Source of the DNA: an uncultured Bacteroidota bacterium
Lineage (GTDB): Bacteria > Bacteroidota > Bacteroidia > Flavobacteriales > Flavobacteriaceae
Length of the DNA stretch: 64,000 bases
Assembly (NCBI GenBank): GCA_902520835.1
Contig: CABYPD010000001.1
Coordinates: 226,535-290,534 of the forward strand
Reading direction: 5' to 3'
Below the pieces are notes generated by a model that saw only the letters and a program-made list of their open reading frames with translations, was not told where the DNA came from and searched no databases. The position numbers were made by a program, and so were the translations under genes. Positions 29,550 to 38,182 of this stretch are shown here, one piece after another. Each line of letters starts with the position of its first letter. The stretch's first letter is position 1.

Positions 29550-29557
29550 TAATTTTG
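29550..29557 (+). promoter_or_regulatory. Candidate -7 box (TAATTTTG) upstream of the ThuA-like gene
   Basis: Matches TAnnTTTG within the 63-bp divergent intergenic region. Confidence 0.3.
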
Positions 29558-29607
29558 GAGATACAACCTGAATTAATAAATTTAAAACATAATTATTAAA
29601 AATTAAA

Positions 29608-30321
29608 ATGAAATTATTTCAAATTCTAATTTTAACACTTGTTTTATTACCATATAATCAGTATTCACAATCATTGAATGAAAAAAATGTATTAGTTGTG
29701 TGGGGTGGCTGGGATGGTCATCAACCAGAATTATTTTCAAAATTAGTTGAAGAATGGTTAATTTCTGAAAAAGCTAATTATAAAATACACAACGGAACAG
29801 AGGTGTACAATGATTATGATGAACTTATTAAATATGACTTAATTATTCAATCAATAACCATGGGTGAAATAAATGGAAAGGCAGCGAGCAATTTAATGAA
29901 GGCTGTAAGGAATGGAGTTGGCATAGCTGGTACGCATGGAGGTCTCGGTGATTCATTTAGAAATAATCCTGGATATCAATTTATGATTGGTGGTCAATGG
30001 GTTTCACATCCTGGCGGAAAAGTCAATTTCAAAGTAAATATGCTCAAAGATGAATTAACTAAAGGATTAAATGATTTTGAAATTTACTCTGAACAATGGT
30101 ATGTACATTACGATCCTAATATTGAAATTGTTGCAAACACAAAATTTAATGGTGATATATTTCATTGGATTGATGGAGTTGTGATGCCCATAGCATGGAA
30201 AAAACAATATGATGAAGGAAAAGTTTTTTATTTTTCAATTGGTCATGATCCTATGGAATTTAAAAAACATCCTGATGCATGGACATTAATGACTAGAGGA
30301 TTTATATGGGCTTGTAGATAG
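29608..30321 (+). CDS. ThuA (trehalose utilisation)-domain protein, secreted
   Basis: Signal peptide. VLVVWGGWDGHQP...GIAGTHGG...GHDP pattern typical of ThuA-like class I glutamine amidotransferase-fold proteins. Confidence 0.7.
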   Translation: MKLFQILILTLVLLPYNQYSQSLNEKNVLVVWGGWDGHQPELFSKLVEEWLISEKANYKIHNGTEVYNDYDELIKYDLIIQSITMGEINGKAASNLMKAVRNGVGIAGTHGGLGDSFRNNPGYQFMIGGQWVSHPGGKVNFKVNMLKDELTKGLNDFEIYSEQWYVHYDPNIEIVANTKFNGDIFHWIDGVVMPIAWKKQYDEGKVFYFSIGHDPMEFKKHPDAWTLMTRGFIWACR

Positions 30322-30972
30322 GGATTTTAGATTAAGTATTTCTAAATCATTCAATTTTCTAAATTTTCCTCTGGGAATATCAAATTTATCTAAATTCTGA
30401 ATTAGTACCCTATCCATAATTAAAACATTAAATTCATTGAGTTTGAAAAATAATTTGTTCTGATTTTTTTTTTGAATCTTTACAGCAACATTTTTATTAT
30501 CGATAAAATTAATTTCGCTAAATTCATCTATCGACAAGATAAAATCATTTAAATCTTTTTTTTGATTTTTATTTAATTGATTTTTAAACTTTAAGTCAAA
30601 TAGTAACCAAATGTTATCGACTAATTGATTGAGCTTATTGTCATCATAAAACAATACTAATCCGCAAACACCTATTTCAAGACCAATCCAATTATAATCA
30701 TCATCATTGTAAAAACTTTTTAAAAATTTTTTGAGGTGTAATGGAATAGAATTAGAATCAATATCAGCAGGCTTGTTATACAGTATATAGCCTGATTTTT
30801 TTTTCTTAATTAACTTATTATTCAAATACACCTTGTCATTTTTTGTAATTGGAAAAAAAATGTCAGTAATCACCAAGCCGTTAACTTTAACTTTTTTTTT
30901 TGATATATAATCTTCAGCAATTTTTTTAGAGCTTGTCTTATGTACTGAAATGTATTTATTTAATTTCATCAC
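30286..30972 (-). CDS. S4-domain RsuA/RluB-like pseudouridine synthase homolog, degenerate active site
   Basis: S4 domain MKLNKYIS...VKVNGLVIT and YILYNKPADI. The catalytic block reads IGLEIGVCGLVLF where the family has GRLDxxxxGLLLL. Confidence 0.55.
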   Translation of the reverse strand: MMKLNKYISVHKTSSKKIAEDYISKKKVKVNGLVITDIFFPITKNDKVYLNNKLIKKKKSGYILYNKPADIDSNSIPLHLKKFLKSFYNDDDYNWIGLEIGVCGLVLFYDDNKLNQLVDNIWLLFDLKFKNQLNKNQKKDLNDFILSIDEFSEINFIDNKNVAVKIQKKNQNKLFFKLNEFNVLIMDRVLIQNLDKFDIPRGKFRKLNDLEILNLKSLSTSPYKSSSH

Positions 30973-31022
30973 AATTAAATTATCTTAAAATTAGTATTGT
31001 TAATCTAAAATTGAAAAAAAAA

Positions 31023-31952
31023 CTAAAAAGAAAAAACTACTTTAAAACTGAATTTAGAAAAATAGCTTTTAGCTTTATTTAAATCCATGGATAAGCCTAA
31101 TATAAAACCTCCTCCTCCAGAACCACATGGTTTAAGAATAAAATCTTCTGAATTAATTCCTTTTTCCCAAAGATTTTTAAATCCTTTTGGAATCATAAAT
31201 TCAAAATTTTCAAGAATAAATTTTGATATTTTTTTTGTATTCATAAAAAGTTCATTGAATTCACTGTTCAAGAAATTTTCAACACATTTATTAGTGTTAC
31301 TAATAAATTCTTTTTCAAAGGCATTGCTCACATCTGTATCTGCCATCAACTTAAAAAATAAATTGACAAGTGATTCTGTATTTCTATTTAAGCCACTGTC
31401 TATTATAAAAATACCACCATTACCAGTAGTGTTTTCAATTGGAAGACTTGTTGTTTGAATTCCGTGATTAAAATTTATGAGAATAGGTAATTTTAAGAAA
31501 CTATTTAAAGGATCTAATCCTGAGGATTTCCCGTGGAAAAAAGATTCCATTAAAGAGAAGTTCTTTATCAAGTCTGAAATTCTATTTTTCTTGGTTTTAT
31601 TTAAAATTTCATATTCATCTCTAATATAGTGTTCGTAAATTGCAGCAACAATAGCTCCACTACTTCCAACACCATATCCAGTTGGTATCGAGCTTTCAAA
31701 AAATAAACCAGATTTTAAATCATTAAATAACCTATCTAGTTTAATTAAACTTTTAATCTCTGAATTTTTAGATAAATAATTATAAAATTCCAACAAATTA
31801 GAATTTGAATCTACCACTTTTTGAATATTTAAATCGCCAATTTTTAATCTTCCACTGTACTGATCATAAGGGATAGACAAGCCATTAGAATTTTTCAAGA
31901 TTCCATACTCACCAAAAAGTAAAATTTTTGAATAAAAAACTGAGGAATCCAT
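31023..31952 (-). CDS. mvk: Mevalonate kinase (GHMP kinase)
   Basis: KILLFGEYGIL, GHMP motif PTGYGVGSSGAIVAAI and C-terminal KPCGSGGGGF. Start at MDSSVF (31952), 4 nt after the mvaD stop. Confidence 0.75.
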   Translation of the reverse strand: MDSSVFYSKILLFGEYGILKNSNGLSIPYDQYSGRLKIGDLNIQKVVDSNSNLLEFYNYLSKNSEIKSLIKLDRLFNDLKSGLFFESSIPTGYGVGSSGAIVAAIYEHYIRDEYEILNKTKKNRISDLIKNFSLMESFFHGKSSGLDPLNSFLKLPILINFNHGIQTTSLPIENTTGNGGIFIIDSGLNRNTESLVNLFFKLMADTDVSNAFEKEFISNTNKCVENFLNSEFNELFMNTKKISKFILENFEFMIPKGFKNLWEKGINSEDFILKPCGSGGGGFILGLSMDLNKAKSYFSKFSFKVVFSF

Positions 31953-31956
31953 AGAA

Positions 31957-32988
31957 TTAATTTTTTTCAGGACCCAAACCAACTTCATCATTTATGAATC
32001 TTCCTTCATCACAAAAAACAATTAGACTTTTTTTAATAAAATCTTGAACTATTTGGAAAGAGCTTTTAGGATATAATAAGTGAACATTTGCGCCCGCGTC
32101 TAGTGTAAAACAAATTTTAGTATTTGTTTCATCTCTAAATTTCAAAACATGTTCAATTATATTAATAGTGTTTGGTTTAAATAAGATAAAATTTGGATTT
32201 GAAGTCATCATTAATGCATGTAGTGTGAGTGCCTCATTTTCCACGACTTCTACAAATGAATTAATATCGTTGGATTCTATAGATTTTTTTAGTTTGGAAG
32301 AGTTTAAATGAGACTGAGATATTCTTTCATTTTTGAAAATATGATTATCCATTAACTGATGTCCAAGAGTACTCGATACTTTTTTTATTCCACTATCAAC
32401 TATTAAAATTGAATCACAGAATGTGGGAAAATTATTGTTTTTAATATTTATTGGTATAGCATATTGGTCCGAACTCCCAGGGTATAACTCAGTCTTTCCC
32501 CAACAAGTTAGAGGCCCATATATACTTCTTGAAGCACTTCCTGATCCAAGTCGAGAAATAAATGATGCTTTTTCAAAAAAGTTATCTTCATTTATTATGT
32601 TAGAAAACATACTTTCAATCTCAATCAAACATAAAGCTAAAGAGCTAAATGCTGATGCCGAGGATGCAATTCCGCTACTGTGGGGAAAAGAATTAAACGA
32701 ATTAATCTTTAAGCTAAGTTTAGATAAAGAGGGTAAATATTTTTTAATTCTTGAAAAAAAGACATCTAGTTTAGGAATGAATTCAGGTTTATGATTACCA
32801 TGAAACTTGAATTCATACTGAAAATTATTAGACTTAATAAAACTTATTGATGTAGAAGTATAACAATTTTTTAATGTAAAGCTAAAAGAGGGGTTTAAAG
32901 CTATCTGATTATCTTTTTTTCCCCAATACTTAATTAAAGCAATATTTGATGGCGATTTCCATGAGACTTCTGATTTGTTTAGAGCCAT
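31957..32988 (-). CDS. mvaD: Diphosphomevalonate decarboxylase
   Basis: PSNIALIKYWGKKD, SSGIASSASAFSSL, SGSASRS and FTLDAGANVHL are canonical MVD motifs. Confidence 0.88.
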   Translation of the reverse strand: MALNKSEVSWKSPSNIALIKYWGKKDNQIALNPSFSFTLKNCYTSTSISFIKSNNFQYEFKFHGNHKPEFIPKLDVFFSRIKKYLPSLSKLSLKINSFNSFPHSSGIASSASAFSSLALCLIEIESMFSNIINEDNFFEKASFISRLGSGSASRSIYGPLTCWGKTELYPGSSDQYAIPINIKNNNFPTFCDSILIVDSGIKKVSSTLGHQLMDNHIFKNERISQSHLNSSKLKKSIESNDINSFVEVVENEALTLHALMMTSNPNFILFKPNTINIIEHVLKFRDETNTKICFTLDAGANVHLLYPKSSFQIVQDFIKKSLIVFCDEGRFINDEVGLGPEKN

Positions 32989-32995
32989 TATTAGT

Positions 32996-34045
32996 CTACC
33001 TTATTGAATTAATTTCAATTTTTTTTGCTTTTTTAACAGATCCATCAAAACCTTTTATGCCAGAAATTGTTGTATACTTTAAAGTATTCTTTTTTTCAGG
33101 GTTGATTAAACTGTAAGCACTGTGACACATAATTGCAGCTTCGTGAAACCCTGATAATATGAGTTTTAATTTACCTGGATATGTATTTATATCTCCAATA
33201 GCATAAATCCCTTTAATATTTGTACTGTAATCATTAGAATTATCAACAACTATAGCATTTTTATCAATATTCAAGCCCCACTCTTTAAAAACATCCATTT
33301 TTGGAACAAGACCATAAAGTGGAATAATAAAATCTGTATCAATTTTCAATTTAGATTCATTATGATTTAATTCAACGTTTTTTACACAATCATCACCATT
33401 AATTTTTAATAAAGTAGCAGGAGTTATAACATCAATAACTCCTTCATCCTTAAGTTTTTGAATTTGATTTGCTGAATCAACAGCACCTCTAAATTGATTT
33501 CTTCTGTGAATTAGTGTAACTTTTTTTGCAATTTTTGATAACTCAATAGTCCAGTCAAGAGCTGAATCTCCACCCCCTGATATGACAACTTTTTTACCCT
33601 TGAAGATTTTTTTTTCAATTATTTTATATTGTAAGCCTTTGTCTTCAAATTTAAGAATGTTATCAATGGAAGGTTTTCTTGGCTCAAAATTACCTAATCC
33701 ACCTGCAATTGCTAAAACTTTTCCTTTAATTACAACACCCTTGTTAGTTGTTACAATAAAGCCATCATCAACTTTATCTAATTTTTCAGCGGTTTGACCG
33801 AGAGAATAAGTTGGATTGAAAGGCTTTATTTGTTTTAATAAATTATCAATCAAATCACCAGCTAAAATTTCAGGATGAGCAGGAATATCATAGATAGGTT
33901 TTTTTGGATATATTTCTGAACATTGTCCACCAGGCTTTCCGAGTGAGTCAATAATATGACACCTCATCCCTAGTAATCCTGCCTCAAATACCGTAAAAAG
34001 TCCAGTTGGGCCAGCACCAATTATTAAAATATCAGTATTTATCAT
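32996..34045 (-). CDS. Thioredoxin-reductase-like ferredoxin-NADP+ reductase (YumC type) / FAD-dependent oxidoreductase
   Basis: DILIIGAGPTGLF, a second dinucleotide motif VVISGGGDSALDW, and GDI..YPGK. Confidence 0.75.
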   Translation of the reverse strand: MINTDILIIGAGPTGLFTVFEAGLLGMRCHIIDSLGKPGGQCSEIYPKKPIYDIPAHPEILAGDLIDNLLKQIKPFNPTYSLGQTAEKLDKVDDGFIVTTNKGVVIKGKVLAIAGGLGNFEPRKPSIDNILKFEDKGLQYKIIEKKIFKGKKVVISGGGDSALDWTIELSKIAKKVTLIHRRNQFRGAVDSANQIQKLKDEGVIDVITPATLLKINGDDCVKNVELNHNESKLKIDTDFIIPLYGLVPKMDVFKEWGLNIDKNAIVVDNSNDYSTNIKGIYAIGDINTYPGKLKLILSGFHEAAIMCHSAYSLINPEKKNTLKYTTISGIKGFDGSVKKAKKIEINSIR

Positions 34046-34272
34046 TCAACGTTAATCACTTCTTTAATAGTAGGAACATATTTTTTTATTGTCATCTCCA
34101 CACCATTTTTCAATGTCATTTGGTTGACTGAGCATCCAATACAATTGCCTAGTAACCTAACTTTTACAATGTCATTTTCAAATGAGACAAGCTCAATATT
34201 TCCTCCATCACCTTGAAGAAAAGGTCTTATTTCATCTAATGCTTTTTCAATTTCTGTCAATTTCTCACTCAT
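34042..34272 (-). CDS. NifU C-terminal domain (Nfu-type) Fe-S scaffold/carrier protein
   Basis: IRPFLQGDGGNIELV....V.VRL.G.C.GC motif. About 76 aa from MSEKL. Confidence 0.8.
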   Translation of the reverse strand: MSEKLTEIEKALDEIRPFLQGDGGNIELVSFENDIVKVRLLGNCIGCSVNQMTLKNGVEMTIKKYVPTIKEVINVE

Positions 34273-34274
34273 AA

Positions 34275-35366
34275 TTATGAACAACCAGCCATAGTTTTGA
34301 TTTTAACAATCTCTGTGGGTGGTAATTTAGTATTTCTTTCCGTTAAATTTATAATCATATTTTTTGTAATATCATCAAAAATCTTACTCAAATCAGAATC
34401 CTCTTGAAGAGCCCCAGGTCTTCCAATATCACCTGATTCTCTCAATCCTTGAACTATCGGCACCTGACCAATAAATGGTATCTCGAAATCTTCTGCAAGA
34501 TTTTTTACTCCATCTTTTCCAAAGATATAATACTTTTTCTCTTTATCCTCTGGTGGATTAAAATAAGACATGTTTTCAATCAAACCTAGAACAGGAATAT
34601 TTATGTTTTCTTGTCTATACATAGAAATCCCTTTTCTTGCATCAGCCATTGCAACAATTTGTGGTGTACTTACAACTATAGATCCATTAACAGAAAGTTT
34701 TTGGACTATACTTAAATGAATATCTCCAGTTCCAGGTGGTAAATCGATTAATAGAAAATCTAACTCTTTCCAATCTGCATCAAAAATTAATTGATTTAGA
34801 GCTTTTGTTGCCATTGGACCTCTCCAAATAACTGCTTGATCCATTGATGTAAAAAATCCAATTGATAAAATTTTGACTCCATAACTTTCTAGAGGTTTCA
34901 TTTTAGATTTCCCATCAACATCAACAGCCAAAGGCTTTCTCCCAACAAGATCAAACATGATGTGCATAGATGGTCCATAAATATCAGCATCAAGTATTCC
35001 TACTTTAAAACCCATTTTTGAAAGTGTTACAGCAATGTTAGCAGTAACAGTAGATTTACCTACACCACCTTTTGCAGATGAAATGGCAATGATATTTTTT
35101 ACATTATTTAATTTATTTGAATCCTCTTTGTTGATAACCTTGGGTTTGAAGTTGATTTTAAAATTTAAGCTTGAATCAAAATTTTTAGACAAAACTTTAG
35201 TAATATTATTTCTCGCTTCAGATTTTGATTTGTGAGTGAAGTTTTCAATTAACAAGTCAATAGTAACATCATTTGAAAATTTATTGATATTGACAATTTC
35301 AAAAGATGCATTAACCTCATTTACAAGGTCTTTAATCTTCTCCTTACTAAAAATTTGTTTTGACAT
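34275..35366 (-). CDS. apbC: Mrp/NBP35 (ApbC) family Fe-S cluster carrier ATPase
   Basis: Deviant Walker A ISSAKGGVGKSTVTANIA, DADIYGPS and DLPPGTGD. Confidence 0.88.
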   Translation of the reverse strand: MSKQIFSKEKIKDLVNEVNASFEIVNINKFSNDVTIDLLIENFTHKSKSEARNNITKVLSKNFDSSLNFKINFKPKVINKEDSNKLNNVKNIIAISSAKGGVGKSTVTANIAVTLSKMGFKVGILDADIYGPSMHIMFDLVGRKPLAVDVDGKSKMKPLESYGVKILSIGFFTSMDQAVIWRGPMATKALNQLIFDADWKELDFLLIDLPPGTGDIHLSIVQKLSVNGSIVVSTPQIVAMADARKGISMYRQENINIPVLGLIENMSYFNPPEDKEKKYYIFGKDGVKNLAEDFEIPFIGQVPIVQGLRESGDIGRPGALQEDSDLSKIFDDITKNMIINLTERNTKLPPTEIVKIKTMAGCS

Positions 35367-35402
35367 AAATAATTGATGCAAATTTAATGAATCATTAAAA
35401 AT

Positions 35403-35723
35403 TTAACTATTTGGATCCCAAAAATGATTTTTGAAATTAATAATGGTATTATTTTTAACTTCAATACCTTCATTATTCAATAATTGTTCCATTAAGTCAG
35501 TTCCGTAAAAGTGGTGTTTGCCTGTTAATACACCATTTCTATTGACTACTCTGTGAGCAGGAATATTTTGATTATCATGTGATGCATTCATTGCCCATCC
35601 TACAATTCTTGATGAACTTGGAGATCCCAAAAACTTTGCAATTGCTCCATAGGTTGTTACTTTTCCTGCGGGAATTTTTTTCACTACTTTATAAACTCTT
35701 TCAAAAAAAGATTGTTCTTTCAT
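35403..35723 (-). CDS. Alkyltransferase-like (ATL) protein: MGMT DNA-binding domain lacking the acceptor cysteine
   Basis: IPAGKVTTYGAIA helix-turn-helix region. The active-site position reads IPAHRVV instead of PCHRV. Only 106 aa. Confidence 0.75.
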   Translation of the reverse strand: MKEQSFFERVYKVVKKIPAGKVTTYGAIAKFLGSPSSSRIVGWAMNASHDNQNIPAHRVVNRNGVLTGKHHFYGTDLMEQLLNNEGIEVKNNTIINFKNHFWDPNS

Positions 35724-36391
35724 TTTATTTGAAAAGATAAATAGGTTATTCTCTTATTTTTTTCCAAAAATATATTTTCATAATGAGTTTTAATATTTGT
35801 TACTTCTTCAGGAGCATTATAATTTAAATATATATCATGATTTGATTTTATTAATTTAAGATTTAGTGCTTCAATTAATCCAAGGGTATATCCATGTAAA
35901 AACTCACTATCAGTTTTAAGATGAATAATTCCTTTAGGTTTAATTATTTTTTTGTAGCTATTTAAAAAATTTATATTAGTCAATCTATGTTTTTGTCTTT
36001 GAATTTTAATTTGTGGATCTGGAAATGTAATCCATACTTCTGAAACTTCATTTTCAGCAAATAAAAATTCAATTAATTCAATTTGAGCTCTTATAAAGCA
36101 AGCATTTTTAATAGAATTAACAACAACATATTTTGCTCCACTCCAAATCCTTGCTCCTTTTATGTCCAACCCTATAAAATTCTTGTTTGGATATTTTTCA
36201 GCTAGTGAGCATGTGTATTCACCTTTTCCACAACCAAGCTCCAATACTATTGGATTATTGTTCTTAAAATAATCACTCCAAAGACCTTTATGCTTAAAAG
36301 AGTTAGCTAATAACTCTGATCTTGAAGGTTGAAAAAGATTACTAAATGATAAATTTTCTTTAAATCTTTTTAATTTGTTTTTACTACCCAA
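35720..36391 (-). CDS. trmB: tRNA (guanine-N7)-methyltransferase
   Basis: VLELGCGKGEY SAM motif and ITFPDPQIK. Length 223 aa. Confidence 0.85.
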   Translation of the reverse strand: MGSKNKLKRFKENLSFSNLFQPSRSELLANSFKHKGLWSDYFKNNNPIVLELGCGKGEYTCSLAEKYPNKNFIGLDIKGARIWSGAKYVVVNSIKNACFIRAQIELIEFLFAENEVSEVWITFPDPQIKIQRQKHRLTNINFLNSYKKIIKPKGIIHLKTDSEFLHGYTLGLIEALNLKLIKSNHDIYLNYNAPEEVTNIKTHYENIFLEKNKRITYLSFQIK

Positions 36392-36415
36392 AAAAATTGT
36401 TTTTGGTAAATTTAA

Positions 36416-37447
36416 TTATTTTGATTTATCAATTGTGAATGAGAATTCAGAACCAATTCCAAAATCGCTTTCAACATAAATTTTTTCATCATGAGCATCA
36501 ACTATATGTTTTACTATAGCTAGACCCAATCCAGAACCGCCACTAGATCTGCTTCCACTTTGATCTACCCTGTAAAATCTTTCAAACAATCTATCTATAT
36601 GATTCTCTTTAACTCCTATTCCATTATCTGTGACTCTAACTATTATTTTATTTTCAACTAAATCCTGTACAACAATCTCTGTTGTTCCATTTTCTCTTCC
36701 ATACTTAATTGAATTTTCTATCAAATTTATTATTACTTGCTCTATTTTTTCTTTGTCGGCATGAACATTAATAGGAGGATTATTTTCATGTTCAATCATC
36801 AATTCAATATTCTTTTTTTTTGCACTTATTTCAAGCATTTCAATTGAGTTATTTATTAAATCAACAATATCAAAATTAGATTTTCTTAAGTTGCTATCGC
36901 CTGTTTCTAATTTGGTAATAAAATCTAAATCTTTAACAATTAGGTTTAGTCTTTCAATAGATTTTCCAGCAATTTTTAAATATTTCTTATTTACAGATTT
37001 ATCATCAAGTGCTCCATCAAGTAGGGTAAGGATATAACTCTGACTTGTGAAAAGAGGTGTTTTTAATTCGTGTGCTAAATTTCCAATAAATTCTCTCCTA
37101 AAAGTTTCTTGCTCTCGCATTTCACTTAATTCAATTTTTCTTTTATCATCAAATTGTTTTATTTGATCAATTAAATCATCCATGTCTGTAGTAATAGTTT
37201 TATTCAGATTTAAGTCTTGAGAAAAAAGTTGATTAGAAATTTCTTTTATCCTTCTATTTAAAAAATACTTGACAAAAAAACTTAACGATAAGTAAATGAT
37301 AACAGTAGCTAAAAGAGTAAAAGATAAAAATAGAGGTTTTAGTAGATTAAATTCTTTAATAAAAAAACTTATAAGAATGGTAAAAACAGAAGAAATAATC
37401 AAAGAAAACAGAGCAATTTGTATTCTTAATTTATTTTTTCTTGACAT
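36416..37447 (-). CDS. Sensor histidine kinase (two TM helices, HisKA + HATPase)
   Basis: H-box FIGNLAHELKTPL, N-box LIENSIKY, G-boxes DNGIG and GSGLGLAIV. Confidence 0.88.
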   Translation of the reverse strand: MSRKNKLRIQIALFSLIISSVFTILISFFIKEFNLLKPLFLSFTLLATVIIYLSLSFFVKYFLNRRIKEISNQLFSQDLNLNKTITTDMDDLIDQIKQFDDKRKIELSEMREQETFRREFIGNLAHELKTPLFTSQSYILTLLDGALDDKSVNKKYLKIAGKSIERLNLIVKDLDFITKLETGDSNLRKSNFDIVDLINNSIEMLEISAKKKNIELMIEHENNPPINVHADKEKIEQVIINLIENSIKYGRENGTTEIVVQDLVENKIIVRVTDNGIGVKENHIDRLFERFYRVDQSGSRSSGGSGLGLAIVKHIVDAHDEKIYVESDFGIGSEFSFTIDKSK

Positions 37448-38123
37448 TTAGCTTGAATTTATATCCAACGCCCTTTATGGTTTTGATATATTTATCTCCA
37501 ATTTTTTCTCTTAGTTTTCTTATGTGAACATCAATTGTTCTATCTCCAACAATTACTTGTGTACCCCAAACCTTAGCCATAATTTCATCACGAGAAAAAA
37601 CTTTACCGGGCTTAGATGCCAATAAATATAATAATTCAAATTCTTTTCTTGGTAAAGAAACATCTTCTTTATTTATTGAAATCAAATAAGATTCTTTATC
37701 TATTTTAATCTCACCTAAATCAAGAAAATTTGATAAATTATTTTTAATCCTTTTTGAAATTGATGAAATTTTTTTAATTAGTATTTTTGGTTTTACAGGT
37801 TTGGTTAGATAATCATCTGCACCTGCATCGAATGCAGCAATTTGAGTAAAATCTTCACCTCTTGCTGATAAAAAAATAATTCTTGTATTGGAAAGAGTAC
37901 TTATTTTTTTTAGTTCTACACAAGCTTCAATTCCATCCATCTCAGGCATCATAACATCAAGAAGAATAATATCGGGAATAAATTTTTTTGCCTTTTCAAT
38001 AGCTTTTATACCATTATTTGCTGACTTTACATCATATCCTTCATTATTTAGATTATACTTTAATATTTCAATAATATCAGGTTCATCATCAACAATTAAA
38101 ATCTTAGTAGGTAAATTTTTCAT
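37431..38123 (-). CDS. OmpR/PhoB-family response regulator
   Basis: Receiver domain ILIVDDEPDI...LLDVMMPEMDG. Winged-helix output domain RTIDVHIRKLREKI...GVGYKF. Overlaps the kinase gene by 17 nt. Confidence 0.9.
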   Translation of the reverse strand: MKNLPTKILIVDDEPDIIEILKYNLNNEGYDVKSANNGIKAIEKAKKFIPDIILLDVMMPEMDGIEACVELKKISTLSNTRIIFLSARGEDFTQIAAFDAGADDYLTKPVKPKILIKKISSISKRIKNNLSNFLDLGEIKIDKESYLISINKEDVSLPRKEFELLYLLASKPGKVFSRDEIMAKVWGTQVIVGDRTIDVHIRKLREKIGDKYIKTIKGVGYKFKLNVKKK

Positions 38124-38182
38124 TATTTTGTGAAGTTAAAAATTAATAATAAAAATGTAGTTGACTTAACAATAACTTAATA

